64,000 nt of DNA. It comes from Noviherbaspirillum sp. (GTDB lineage Bacteria; Pseudomonadota; Gammaproteobacteria; Burkholderiales; Burkholderiaceae_D). The notes under the pieces are model-generated. The model was not told the origin of the DNA and made no database searches. It saw only the letters and a list, made by a program, of their open reading frames with translations. Of this stretch, positions 28,763 to 38,473 are shown piece after piece. The position numbers and the translations under genes are program-made. Location: positions 172-64,171 of the forward strand of contig NZ_DASZBA010000191.1 in assembly GCF_035944575.1 (NCBI RefSeq). The letters run 5' to 3'. Position 1 is the first letter of the stretch. Every line of letters begins with the position of its first letter.

Positions 28763-29332
28763 ACCACTGTTTCATTTGGTGATACAGATAGTCTATAGGC
28801 AAGTATCCTGCCATTGATATTTACCATGAGGAATTACTCTTATTTTGTGAGACTTTGTACCGTAATGATTGTTGCCACTGTCAATCTTGACGGGTAAGCA
28901 AAAACGAATGGTACGAGGAGTCTTATGGACCCAAGAGAAATTTCTCGCGATGAACACGCAACGTCCGCATCTACCCGCAAGGGTGCGAAATACGGAATCT
29001 CAACCTTCGGTTTACATGCAGTCCGCCGTCGCGGCGCGCGGAGTCACGCAACCGGACTTGTGACGGTTCCCCCTGCATCGCTTTCCCCGATATGCCACCA
29101 AGGCGAATTGCCGGCACGACGGCCGTGTGCTTATCGGATGGCCGTCTTTCCTGTCCTGAACGATCGATCCTGAACCACACAATCGGTACGACCTTCGGGC
29201 AGCTACCTATGCATCCCGTATGCCGGACTGACGTCGCCCGGACACCGGTCCTTGATCGGCAGGCGCATCAACCCGCTCTACCTGGCATCACATTTTTCCT
29301 CGTCATTCCTTCAACAGGATCGGAATACCAAC

Positions 29333-31027
29333 ATGAAATTCTCCAATCTGAAAATCGGCACCCGTCTCGGCATCACCTTTGGGTTCATCGCATTGCTGAC
29401 GGTGATGCTTGGCGGGTTTTCGTACAGTGAATTCAGCATGATCGAAAATTCATGGAATCGGTACAGGACCCTGGCGAAGCCGAAGCTGGATGCCACTAAC
29501 CATGCCGACGAGTCGCTGGGCCAGGGCATTCAGCACTTCAAGAACTTCATCATGCGCGGCAAGGATTACGAACAGCGGTTTAATGCCGAGATGACAAACA
29601 TCGATGCGGCAATGACCGCTTACGAAAAACTGGGCAGCCTAACGGCCGTTGAAAAGGCGGAGATCGAGAAGGTGCGGTCCGGCATTGCCGCCTATCGCGA
29701 GGCGATCAGAAAGGCCGCGGAAATGAAAGCAACGGGCGCCGGCATTGCCGAGATCGATTCGGCCATCAAGGGCGCCGACCAGGCGATCAAAAGTGCATTG
29801 GGCAAACTCGAAGCGGTCGCCGAGGAGCAGATCAAGGAAACGAGCGTGATCGTCAACCGGGAAATCGTCAACGGCGAACGCATGGCGGTGATCGCCAGCA
29901 CGCTCACGGTCCTGCTGACGGTGGTGTTCGCCTAGATCACCACCCGGTCGATCACGGCACCGATCGCCCGGGCGGTCAATGCCACCCGCGTGGTCGCATC
30001 CGGCGACCTGACGCAGAACATCGAAGCGGATTCGGCGGATGAAACCGGCGACCTGCTGCGCGCACTGGGGCAGATGAACGCGAGTCTCGCCAAGATCGTC
30101 GGCGATGTCCGGAGCGGGACGGATGCCATCAAAACCAGTTCCGGCGAAATCGCCGCCGGCAACCAGGACTTGTCCTCGCGGACCGAGCAGCAGGCATCGT
30201 CGCTGGAAGAAACCGCGTCGTCGATGGAGGAATTGACCTCGACCGTCAAGCAGAATGCCGACAATGCCCGCCAGGCGAACCAGCTTGCGGTGTCGGCTTC
30301 GGAAGTGGCGGTCAGGGGCGGCGGCGTGGTGTCGGAAGTGGTCAGTACGATGAGCGCCATCAATGAATCGGCGAAAAAGATCGTCGACATCATCGGCGTC
30401 ATCGACGGGATTGCCTTCCAGACCAATATCCTCGCGTTGAACGCCGCCGTGGAGGCGGCGCGCGCCGGCGAGCAGGGTAGGGGCTTCGCGGTGGTGGCAT
30501 CCGAAGTGCGCAACCTGGCGCAGCGTTCGGCGGCGGCGGCCAAGGAAATCAAGACATTGATCGGTGATTCGGTGGAGAAGGTGGACGCCGGCAGCAAGCT
30601 GGTCGATCAGGCCGGCGCGACGATGGATGAGGTGGTTGCCAGCGTGCGGCGTGTCACCGACATCATCAGCGAGATCGCCGCCGCCAGCGACGAGCAGCGC
30701 GCCGGCATCGAGCAGGTGAACCAGGCGATCACGCAGATGGATCAGGTCACGCAGCAGAACGCTGCGCTGGTCGAACAGGCCGCCGCAGCGGCCGATGCGA
30801 TGCAACAGCAATCGGCCGGGCTGGAGCATCTTGTCAGTGTCTTCAGGATCAGTCAGGAACAGGCGCTGACGGTTGCCGCACCGCCTCGTGTGATGCCGGC
30901 GCAGAAGCAGACGGTTCCGGCTGAACGTTCGCAGCGGTTAGCCAGGCGCGATGCTGCAACGCCGGTCAAACGCAAGCCTCCGGTGCAGGACAAGCTTGCC
31001 ATGGCGGGTGACTGGGAGGAATTTTAA
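29333..31027 (+). pseudogene. Methyl-accepting chemotaxis protein interrupted by a single in-frame TAG
   Basis: The N-part (MKFSNLKIG, TM1, helical sensor, TM2) ends ...LLTVVFA at TAG 29933-29935. The same frame continues [14 protein letters not shown]...GDL (HAMP), then the signalling domain with [11 protein letters not shown] and [30 protein letters not shown]. Confidence 0.8.
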
Positions 31028-31158
31028 AAACGCGTTTGCGTGCCGAATTTCCGGCCGGCAGGCTCGCGTCAACTCAGATGCGCAAAAGATATTGAATTGG
31101 GAATTTTTAGTTCTGCCCATGTTCAAACTGATATTGCCATTTGTTAAAGGGAAGCGTC

Positions 31159-31425
31159 ATGAAATCCGCACAGGAACAACTGATCGTAAAGACCGGCAAG
31201 CCGAGCCAGCCGGAATCCACGCCGCGCCTGCCGCATGAGCGCGACGAGTCGGATGACAGCCAGGAAAGCGGCGTGCGTCCCGATATCCTGCAGGCCTACA
31301 AGGATCTGGAAAACGGCCAGGTCGATACCGACCTGCGCGAAGGCCGTGGCGTCGATGCCACTGTCAACAAGACACCGGGCGTATCACCGGTCAATCCACA
31401 GGATGTGCCGGCGCAGAAAAAATAA
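31159..31425 (+). CDS. Small acidic hypothetical protein
   Basis: Start set at the internal ATG (MKSAQEQ) after GGGAAG. 88 aa with no motif. Confidence 0.4.
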   Translation: MKSAQEQLIVKTGKPSQPESTPRLPHERDESDDSQESGVRPDILQAYKDLENGQVDTDLREGRGVDATVNKTPGVSPVNPQDVPAQKK

Positions 31426-31444
31426 ACGCCGGCTGCTTCACTTT

Positions 31445-32698
31445 CTACTCGTATTTCCGCGCATCCTCAATCACCTTGCCATCATTCGGCAAGGTGCCGC
31501 GGGCCACCAGGTTCACGTCGCCGCGCAACTTCGTCACATCGCGGATGCTGTCGACGATGGCCGGCACCAGCGTTGCGGCCGCTGCCGGATCGTCCACTTC
31601 GCAATGCAGCGTCATCACGTCGTTGGCCATCTCACCGCTGACGACCAGCCGCGCCTTGACGATGGGCGCAAATCGCTTGGCGATTTCCGCCACCTGCGAC
31701 GGATGCACGAACATCGCCCGTACCTTGGTGGTCTGGTCCGCGCGTCCCATCCACCCCTTGATGCGGGTATTGGTGCGGCCGCACGGCGACGTGCCCGGCA
31801 GGATCGCGGACATGTCGCCGGTGCCGAAGCGGATCAGCGGATAGTCGGGGTTGAACGACGTGATCACCACTTCGCCGACCTCGCCCTCGGCGACCGGGTC
31901 GCCCGTACCGGGACGGACGATTTCCAGGATCAGGTCTTCATCGAGAATCATCCCGGGATTGACCTGCCCGTCGGTCTCCGACTCGTAGGCGATATTGCCG
32001 ATGTCGGCTGAACCGTACATCTGCAACACATGCGGCACGCCATTATCCTGCAGCCATTTGCGCAAGGACGGTGGCAGCGCCTCCGCACCCACCACCGCAC
32101 GCTGCACGCTGGAGATATCCGCGCCCATTTCCTGCGCCTTTTCAATGATGATCTTGAGGAAGGACGGCGTGCCGACATAGGCATCCGGCTTCAATGCGGT
32201 CATCGCCTGCACCTGCATTTCGGTCTGGCCGCTGCCGGCCGGGATCACCGGACAGCCTATCCGTGCCGCGCCGCCCTCGACCATGAAGGCGGCTGGCGTG
32301 AAGTGGTAGGAAAAGCAGTTCTGCACGATGTGTCCGGCGCGCAGGCCGACCGCGTACATCGGGCGCGCAAAGCGCCACCAGTCGACGCCGCGTCCCTCCG
32401 GATCGAAGATCGGGCCGGGCGACATGAAGAGCCGTCCGAGCTGCGCGACCGGCGTCGTCGTCAGCCCGCCGAAGGGCATGCCGGCGTGTTGCAGGTCTTT
32501 CAGGTCGGATTTGCGGGTGACGGGTAATTGGGCGAGCGCGGCGCGGGAAGTGATGCCGGCGGCGGAGACACCGTCGAGGATGCGCACCCAGCCGGGGGCG
32601 GTTTGGGCGCGTGCGATCAGGCGCGGAAGTGCGGCCATCTGATCTTGTTCGCGTTGCTGCGGGTTGCGGGTTTCAAGGGTATCTAGGGTGTCGGGCAT
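31445..32698 (-). CDS. Phenylacetate-CoA ligase (PaaK/F390 synthetase)-like adenylate-forming enzyme
   Basis: 417-aa ORF with the family pattern VGTPSFL ... MYGSADIG ... RTNTRIKGWMGR. Confidence 0.75.
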   Translation of the reverse strand: MPDTLDTLETRNPQQREQDQMAALPRLIARAQTAPGWVRILDGVSAAGITSRAALAQLPVTRKSDLKDLQHAGMPFGGLTTTPVAQLGRLFMSPGPIFDPEGRGVDWWRFARPMYAVGLRAGHIVQNCFSYHFTPAAFMVEGGAARIGCPVIPAGSGQTEMQVQAMTALKPDAYVGTPSFLKIIIEKAQEMGADISSVQRAVVGAEALPPSLRKWLQDNGVPHVLQMYGSADIGNIAYESETDGQVNPGMILDEDLILEIVRPGTGDPVAEGEVGEVVITSFNPDYPLIRFGTGDMSAILPGTSPCGRTNTRIKGWMGRADQTTKVRAMFVHPSQVAEIAKRFAPIVKARLVVSGEMANDVMTLHCEVDDPAAAATLVPAIVDSIRDVTKLRGDVNLVARGTLPNDGKVIEDARKYE

Positions 32699-32780
32699 GA
32701 GGGACCTGTTACGAATTCCGAATGGATCTGTTAAGTCGGTAGCGCAAATTCACCGCGCTGAAAACATAGACTCACGGTTC

Positions 32781-32980
32781 ACTCCCCCTGTCAGTGGGAG
32801 GGGTGGGCAGTAGGTAGTGAGGTTGAGCAGCCGCATACAGCCGCTCGACCTCGCTACCCCCATCCCGACCTTCCCCCTAAAAGGGGAAAGGAGCTGGTTT
32901 GCTTACAACCTTTCCACGTCGCCGCTGGCAGGCGGCTCCGATTCACGCTGCGCAACGCAGTGCGTTGCGAAACCCTGCGC
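32781..32980 (+). repeat. Composite palindromic repeat, full copy (A-B-C-D-E)
   Basis: B is 32814-32857 (GTAGTGAGGTTGAG...CTCGACCTCGCTAC), C is 32869-32891, the GCTTACAAC linker is 32901-32909, D is 32921-32936, and E is about 32946-32980. Confidence 0.8.
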
Positions 32981-32994
32981 TCATCCTTACCTGA

Positions 32995-33804
32995 TCATGC
33001 CAGCCACCGCTTGCGCCGCCGGTAAAACTTCATGTCCCGGAAGCTCTTCCTGCCCGCGCCGGACACGCCGAGATAGAACTCTTTCACATCCTCGTTCGAT
33101 CCCAGTTCCTTCGCATCGCCTTCCATCACCACGCGTCCGTTTTCCAGGATGTAGCCGAAGTCCGCATAACGCAGCGCGACTGCGGTGTTCTGCTCGGCCA
33201 GCAGGAAGGTGACTTTTTCCTTGGTGTTCAGATCCTTGACGATGTTGAACACTTCTTCGACGATCTGCGGCGCCAGGCCCATCGACGGCTCGTCGAGCAG
33301 AACGATGCGGGGATTGGCCATCAGCGCGCGGCCGATGGCGCACATTTGCTGTTCGCCGCCGGAGGTGTAGGCCGCCTGCGAAGTGCGCCGTGTCTTCAGG
33401 CGCGGAAAGTAGGTGTAGACCTTCTCCAGGTTGGCTGCCACCTCGCCCTTGTCCTTGCGGGTATAGGAACCGGTCAGCAGGTTTTCCTCGATGGTCAGGT
33501 GGGCGAAACAGTGCCGGCCTTCCATTACCTGCACCACGCCGCGATGCACGAGGTCGGACGGCGACAGGTTCTCGATGCGTTCGCCGCGCAATTCGATCGA
33601 GCCCTTGGTGACGGCACCGCGTTCACCGCGCAGCAGGTTGCTGACCGCTCGCAGCGTTGTGGTCTTGCCGGCGCCGTTGCCGCCGAGGATCGCGACAATG
33701 CCGCCTTCCGGCACCTGCAGGGAGACGCCTTTCAGCACGAGGATGACGTGGTTGTAGATCACCTCGATGCCGTTGACGTTGAGTACGATGTTTTGTGGTT
33801 GCAT
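32995..33804 (-). CDS. ABC transporter ATP-binding protein (LivF-like) with basic C-terminal extension
   Basis: 269-aa ORF with GGNGAGKTT, TSGGEQQM and LLDEPSMGLAP. Confidence 0.85.
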   Translation of the reverse strand: MQPQNIVLNVNGIEVIYNHVILVLKGVSLQVPEGGIVAILGGNGAGKTTTLRAVSNLLRGERGAVTKGSIELRGERIENLSPSDLVHRGVVQVMEGRHCFAHLTIEENLLTGSYTRKDKGEVAANLEKVYTYFPRLKTRRTSQAAYTSGGEQQMCAIGRALMANPRIVLLDEPSMGLAPQIVEEVFNIVKDLNTKEKVTFLLAEQNTAVALRYADFGYILENGRVVMEGDAKELGSNEDVKEFYLGVSGAGRKSFRDMKFYRRRKRWLA

Positions 33805-33848
33805 GGGGGCAGAACGGGCAAAGTACAGACACAGTTAAATGGCAGGTT

Positions 33849-34042
33849 CCCTTCCCCTTGCAGGGGGAGGGATAGCGTAGTGAGGTTGAGCCACTGCATG
33901 CGATTGCTCGACCTCACTATCCCCATCCGAGCCTTCCCCCTGCAAGGGGAGAGGACCGGTTCGCTTACAACCTTTCCTTCGCCGCTTGCAGGCGGCTCGG
34001 TGAGGACGGCGCAACGCATGCGTTGCGAAACCCCGTCCTCAT
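33849..34042 (+). repeat. Composite palindromic repeat, full copy (A-B-C-D-E); the last hairpin includes the stop codon of the binding-protein gene
   Basis: A is 33849-33871, B is 33877-33920 (14-bp stem), C is 33932-33954, D is 33981-33996, and E is 34001-34042 (outer TGAGGACGG/CCGTCCTCA around the 18-nt palindrome CGCAACGCATGCGTTGCG). Confidence 0.85.
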
Positions 34043-35373
34043 CCCTGGCAATCTTCCGGTGTGCGTGGTGTCAGCTTCTTCTCCGCCGCATACTTCGCCG
34101 CCGTATTCTTCACCAGCGGCTTGATGATCGTGTCATCCGCCTGCAGCCAGTCCGACGTGAATTTCCACTGCTTGCCGTCCCAGGTATGGATGCGGGCCCA
34201 CGATGCGCCCATGTGGTCGGCGCACGAGGTGCTGATCGGGCGCATTACGCCAGCGAAGCCCAGCGCGTCCAGCTTGGCCTGCGTCAGGTTCAGGTTTTCC
34301 AGGCCCCAGCGCACCTGCTCGCCGGTCATGACCTTGCCCTTGCCGAACCGCTCCTGCGCCGCCCGCACGCCTTCCACGCCAAGCATCGCGCTCATCGCGC
34401 CGCGCATGTACAGCACCTGTCCGACTTCCTCCTTCGGTCCAGTGCCCTGGCCCTTGTCATGCACCATCGCCAGTACATCCTTGACGAACTTCGACTGCGG
34501 TTCCGCGCCGTGCTGCATGGTCACCGCGTTATAGCCCTTCGCGCCTTCGGCCACGTCCTTCACATCCGGCTCGGCGCCGGCCCACCACACGCCGTACATC
34601 TTCTCGCGCGGATAACCGGTGGCCTGTGCCTCCTTGATCGCGGTGGAATTCATCACGCCCCAGCCCCACAGCACCACATAATCGGGACGAGACTGACGTA
34701 CCTGCAGCCAGGTGGCTTTTTGCTCGACGCCCGGCGCGGTTACCGGCAGCAGTTGCAGGTCGAAGCCCTGCAGGCCGGCACGCTGCTGCAGCAGCGGAAT
34801 CGGTTCCTTGCCGAACGGACTGTCGTGATAGACCAGCGCGATCTTCTTGCCTTTCAGCTTGTCGAGTCCGCCTTCCTTCTTGGCGATTGCCTGGATGATG
34901 GCGTCGGCGGCGACCCAGTAGGTGCCGGCGATCGGAAAATTCCACTTGAACACCGTGCCATCGGCGCTTTCGCTGCGGCCGTAGCCGATGGTCACCACCG
35001 GCACCTTGTCGACCGGCGCTTTTTCGGTGATGGCGAAGGTCGCGCCGGTGGACAGCGGCTGCACCATCGAAGCGCCGCCGTTCTTGCCCTTCAGGCGCTC
35101 ATAGCATTCCACGCTGCGCGCGGTGTCGTAACCGGTCTCGCATTCTTCAAATAGAATCTTCACGCCGTTGATGCCGCCGCGCGCGTTCACCAGCTTGAGG
35201 TAATCCACGTAGCCGTTCGCCCAGGGCACGCCGTTCGGCGCATACGGCCCCGTACGGTAGGACAGCACCGGGAAGTACTGTTCCTTGGCTTGCGCATAGG
35301 CACTGGTCGTCAGGACGGACGATGTGCCGGCAGCGAGGACGGCGGCTGCCACGACCATGTTGCGAATCTTCAT
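34039..35373 (-). CDS. Periplasmic substrate-binding protein of a Liv-type (HAAT) ABC transporter
   Basis: Start set at the ATG (MKIRNMVVAAAVLAAG) after GGAGAG. It has a signal peptide and a type-I PBP pattern. Confidence 0.8.
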   Translation of the reverse strand: MKIRNMVVAAAVLAAGTSSVLTTSAYAQAKEQYFPVLSYRTGPYAPNGVPWANGYVDYLKLVNARGGINGVKILFEECETGYDTARSVECYERLKGKNGGASMVQPLSTGATFAITEKAPVDKVPVVTIGYGRSESADGTVFKWNFPIAGTYWVAADAIIQAIAKKEGGLDKLKGKKIALVYHDSPFGKEPIPLLQQRAGLQGFDLQLLPVTAPGVEQKATWLQVRQSRPDYVVLWGWGVMNSTAIKEAQATGYPREKMYGVWWAGAEPDVKDVAEGAKGYNAVTMQHGAEPQSKFVKDVLAMVHDKGQGTGPKEEVGQVLYMRGAMSAMLGVEGVRAAQERFGKGKVMTGEQVRWGLENLNLTQAKLDALGFAGVMRPISTSCADHMGASWARIHTWDGKQWKFTSDWLQADDTIIKPLVKNTAAKYAAEKKLTPRTPEDCQG

Positions 35374-35418
35374 TTGTCTCTCCGTGTATTTAATTTGATG
35401 AAGCACACCAACAACCAC

Positions 35419-36495
35419 TCAATGCGGAAAAGGCCACAGCCGCAATTTCTGTTTGCCGATCGACCACAGCTTAGCCAGGCCGTGCGGTTCGACGATCAGG
35501 AACCACACGATCAATCCGCCGAAAATCATCAGTTCCGCATGGGCGAGTCCGGCGGTGGAAATTTCCAGGCCGACCAGGTGCGCCAGCACCGGCAGGATTT
35601 GGTTAAGTGCGATCGGCAGAATCACGATGAAGGCGGCGCCCAGGAAACTACCCATGATGGAGCCCAGGCCGCCGATGATCACCATGAACAGCAGCCGGAA
35701 CGACTGGTCCACCGAGAACGCCGCCGGCTCCCATGAACCAAGATAGATGAATCCCCACAATGCGCCAGCCACGCCGATGATGAAGGAGCTGACCGCGAAG
35801 GCGGTGAGCTTGGCATACATCGGGCGGATGCCGATTACCGCCGCCGCCACGTCCATATCGCGGATCGCCATCCATTCGCGGCCAATGGCGCCGCGCACCA
35901 GGTTTTTCGCCAGCAGGGCCACCACGGTGAGGATGACGAGACAAAACAAATATCGGTTGACCGCGCTGTCGATCGGCAGCCCGAACACCTGCAGGTTGGA
36001 TACCGAGACGGAACCGGACGGCGAGTCGAGCGTGAACCAGCGCACGCGCAAGAACATCCAGTCGGCGAAGAACTGCGCCGCCAAGGTCGCAACCGCGAGA
36101 TACAAGCCTTTTACCCGCAGGCTCGGCAGGCCGAACAGAATGCCGAACAGCGTCGCGCACAGGCCGCCGAGCACCAGGGCCGGGATGAGCGGCATGTCCG
36201 GAATGCGGATGAAGAAGTTGTAGGCGCCATACGCGCCGACCGCCATGAAGGCACCGGAGCCGAGCGAAATCTGGCCGCAGTAACCGACCAGAATGTTCAC
36301 GCCGACCGCCGCCAGTGACAGAATCAGGAAGGGAATCAGGATCGCGCGGAACAGGTAATCCGACGCCAGCAGCGGCACGGCGATGAAGGCGAAGGCCAGC
36401 ATCAGGCCGATGACAAACCTGTCCTGCGCAATCGGAAAGATCTGCTGGTCGGCCTGGTAGGAGGTTTTGAATTGGCCGTTCTCACGGTAGAGCAT
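35419..36495 (-). CDS. Branched-chain-amino-acid-type ABC permease (LivM-like)
   Basis: 358-aa polytopic ORF containing GQISLGSGAFMAVGAY. Confidence 0.85.
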   Translation of the reverse strand: MLYRENGQFKTSYQADQQIFPIAQDRFVIGLMLAFAFIAVPLLASDYLFRAILIPFLILSLAAVGVNILVGYCGQISLGSGAFMAVGAYGAYNFFIRIPDMPLIPALVLGGLCATLFGILFGLPSLRVKGLYLAVATLAAQFFADWMFLRVRWFTLDSPSGSVSVSNLQVFGLPIDSAVNRYLFCLVILTVVALLAKNLVRGAIGREWMAIRDMDVAAAVIGIRPMYAKLTAFAVSSFIIGVAGALWGFIYLGSWEPAAFSVDQSFRLLFMVIIGGLGSIMGSFLGAAFIVILPIALNQILPVLAHLVGLEISTAGLAHAELMIFGGLIVWFLIVEPHGLAKLWSIGKQKLRLWPFPH

Positions 36496-36512
36496 ATGTT
36501 TTCCTTAACAGC

Positions 36513-37442
36513 CTAAACGCGATCGATGATTTTCTCGCCAAACAAGCCTTGCGGCCGGAACAGCAGGAATACAAGCGCCAGTACGTAGGCAAACCAGATT
36601 TCGATGCCGCCGCCGACGTAGGGGCCGAGATACACCTCCGACAGCTTCTCGCCGACGCCGATGATCAGGCCGCCGATGATTGCGCCCGGCACCGACGTCA
36701 GGCCACCGAGGATGACGACGGGCAATGCCCGCAGCGCCACCGTCGTCAGCGAAAACTGCACGCCGAGCTTGCTGCCCCAGATCATGCCGGCGACCAGCGC
36801 CACCACGCCGGCGACGCACCAGACGATGACCCAGATGCGGTTGAGCGGAATGCCGATCGACTGCGCCGCCTGGTGGTCGTCGGCCACTGCACGCAGTGCG
36901 CGCCCGGTCGCCGTCTTCTGGAAAAAAATGCTGAGCAGGAGGACCAGCGCGGCGGCAATGGCGGCGGCGATGATGTCTTCCTTGTTGACCAGGATGCCGC
37001 CCTGGAAGGTCGACTCCATCACGAAGATCGGTTCCTTCGGCATGCCGATATTGATCTTGTAGATGTCGCTGCCGAAGATGGTCTGGCCGAGGCCTTCCAT
37101 GAAATAGGTGATGCCGAGTGTCGCCATCAGCAGCGTGGCCCCTTCCTGGTTGACCAGGTGGCGCAGCACGAGCCGCTCGATGATCCATGCGACCGCGAAC
37201 ATGATGGCGCCGGCGATCAGGAAGGCGGCGAGATTGGCGAAGATGGGATTGGTAATGCCGGTCCAGCGCGGAATCCATTCGGCAAAGCGGGCCATCGCCA
37301 GCGCCGCGAACAGCACCATCGCGCCCTGGGCGAAGTTGAATACGCCGGATGCCTTGAAGATCAGCACGAAGCCGAGCGCAACCAGCGAGTAGAGCATCCC
37401 GGCCATCAGGCCGCCGAGCAGGGTTTCAAGGAAAAATGCCAT
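36513..37442 (-). CDS. Branched-chain-amino-acid-type ABC permease (LivH-like)
   Basis: 309-aa polytopic ORF containing FNFAQGAMVLFAA. Confidence 0.85.
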   Translation of the reverse strand: MAFFLETLLGGLMAGMLYSLVALGFVLIFKASGVFNFAQGAMVLFAALAMARFAEWIPRWTGITNPIFANLAAFLIAGAIMFAVAWIIERLVLRHLVNQEGATLLMATLGITYFMEGLGQTIFGSDIYKINIGMPKEPIFVMESTFQGGILVNKEDIIAAAIAAALVLLLSIFFQKTATGRALRAVADDHQAAQSIGIPLNRIWVIVWCVAGVVALVAGMIWGSKLGVQFSLTTVALRALPVVILGGLTSVPGAIIGGLIIGVGEKLSEVYLGPYVGGGIEIWFAYVLALVFLLFRPQGLFGEKIIDRV

Positions 37443-37491
37443 GGTTGTTGTCTTTTTACCTTTTCATGCTGCTTTATCCCTCCGCAAGGTT

Positions 37492-37603
37492 CCCTCCCCC
37501 TCGCAGGGGGAGGGCTAGGGTGGGTGTAGTGAGGTCGAGCTACTGCATACGTTGGTTCGACCTCACTACCCCCATCCCAACCTTCCCCCTGAAAGGGGGA
37601 AGG
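37492..37603 (+). repeat. Composite palindromic repeat, short copy (A-B-C only)
   Basis: A is 37492-37514, B is 37526-37569 (perfect 13-bp stem GTAGTGAGGTCGA/TCGACCTCACTAC), and C is 37581-37603. Confidence 0.85.
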
Positions 37604-37648
37604 GGCCTTACAGTGGTGCCAGATTCGTAGTCAATGCATTCACTGCGC

Positions 37649-38473
37649 TTAATGCGACGTCCCCAAATAAGCCCGGATCACATCCTCATTCCCCCGCACT
37701 TCATCCGGCGTACCATCCCCGATCTTCTTGCCGTAATCCAGCACCACCACCCGGTCGCTGATATCCATCACTACGCCCATGTCGTGCTCGATCAGTACCA
37801 CCGTGGTGCCGAACTGGTCGTTCACGTCGAGGATGAAGCGGCACATGTCCTGCTTTTCCTCGACGTTCATGCCGGCCATCGGCTCGTCCAGCAGCAGCAC
37901 TTCCGGTTCCATCGCCAGCGCGCGGCCGAGGTCGACCCGTTTCTGCAGGCCGTACGGCAGCTGGCCGACCGGCGTCTTGCGGATATGCTGGATTTCCAGG
38001 AAGTCGATGATCTCCTCCACCTTGACCCGGTGCGCGATCTCTTCCTTTTCCGCCGGCCCCCAGCGCAGCGCCTGCAGCAGCAGGTTCGATTTCATCTTCA
38101 GGTTGCGGCCAGTCATGATGTTGTCGAGCACTGACATGCCCTTGAACAAGGCGATGTTCTGGAAGGTCCGCGCGATGCCGCTCTTGGCCGCTGCGTGGGT
38201 GTTCATGTCCTTGCGGTGCTTGCCCTGGAAAACGATTTCACCCTGCTGCGGCCGGTAGACGCCGTTGATCACGTTCAGCATCGAACTCTTGCCGGCGCCG
38301 TTGGGGCCGATGATGGCGCGGATCTCGTGCTTGCGCACATCGAAGGAAATGTCGGTCAGGGCTTTCACGCCGCCGAACGACAGTGAAATGTTTTTCAGGC
38401 TGAGGATGACATCGCCGATCCGCCTGGCATTTGTCGTGGTCCCGCCGGTTGCGCCTTCGTCGTCTCGTTTCAT
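37649..38473 (-). CDS. ABC transporter ATP-binding protein (LivG-like)
   Basis: 274-aa ORF with GPNGAGKSS, LPYGLQKRV and LLLDEPMAGM. Confidence 0.85.
   Translation of the reverse strand: MKRDDEGATGGTTTNARRIGDVILSLKNISLSFGGVKALTDISFDVRKHEIRAIIGPNGAGKSSMLNVINGVYRPQQGEIVFQGKHRKDMNTHAAAKSGIARTFQNIALFKGMSVLDNIMTGRNLKMKSNLLLQALRWGPAEKEEIAHRVKVEEIIDFLEIQHIRKTPVGQLPYGLQKRVDLGRALAMEPEVLLLDEPMAGMNVEEKQDMCRFILDVNDQFGTTVVLIEHDMGVVMDISDRVVVLDYGKKIGDGTPDEVRGNEDVIRAYLGTSH

Noticed and set aside
28925-29173. 82-aa ORF with a good SD (GAGGAG) in the 570-bp spacer upstream of the chemoreceptor
   Set aside because: The composition is R/A/S/P-rich with no motif, it sits in a mixed-GC non-coding stretch, and I cannot test conservation. 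It is left unannotated, though it could be a small gene or leader peptide.
29639-30829. 396-aa minus-strand ORF
   Set aside because: It is antisense to the chemoreceptor signalling domain, whose conserved motifs are unambiguous on the plus strand.
33346-35154. 602-aa plus-strand ORF, the longest unexplained ORF in the track
   Set aside because: It runs antisense through the livF-like gene, through a repeat element and through the binding-protein gene. Its translation includes repeat-derived low-complexity text and it has no start context.
36505-37529. Alternative long ORFs overlapping the livH-like permease (257 aa minus, 326 aa plus)
   Set aside because: The permease frame gives coherent transmembrane helices. 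The alternatives are R/D/H/G-rich shadows.
32781-37603. CRISPR array hypothesis for the recurring palindromic hairpins
   Set aside because: The copies are hundreds to thousands of bp apart with irregular spacing. They occur in both orientations, sit between unrelated genes, and have no unique spacers or cas genes.
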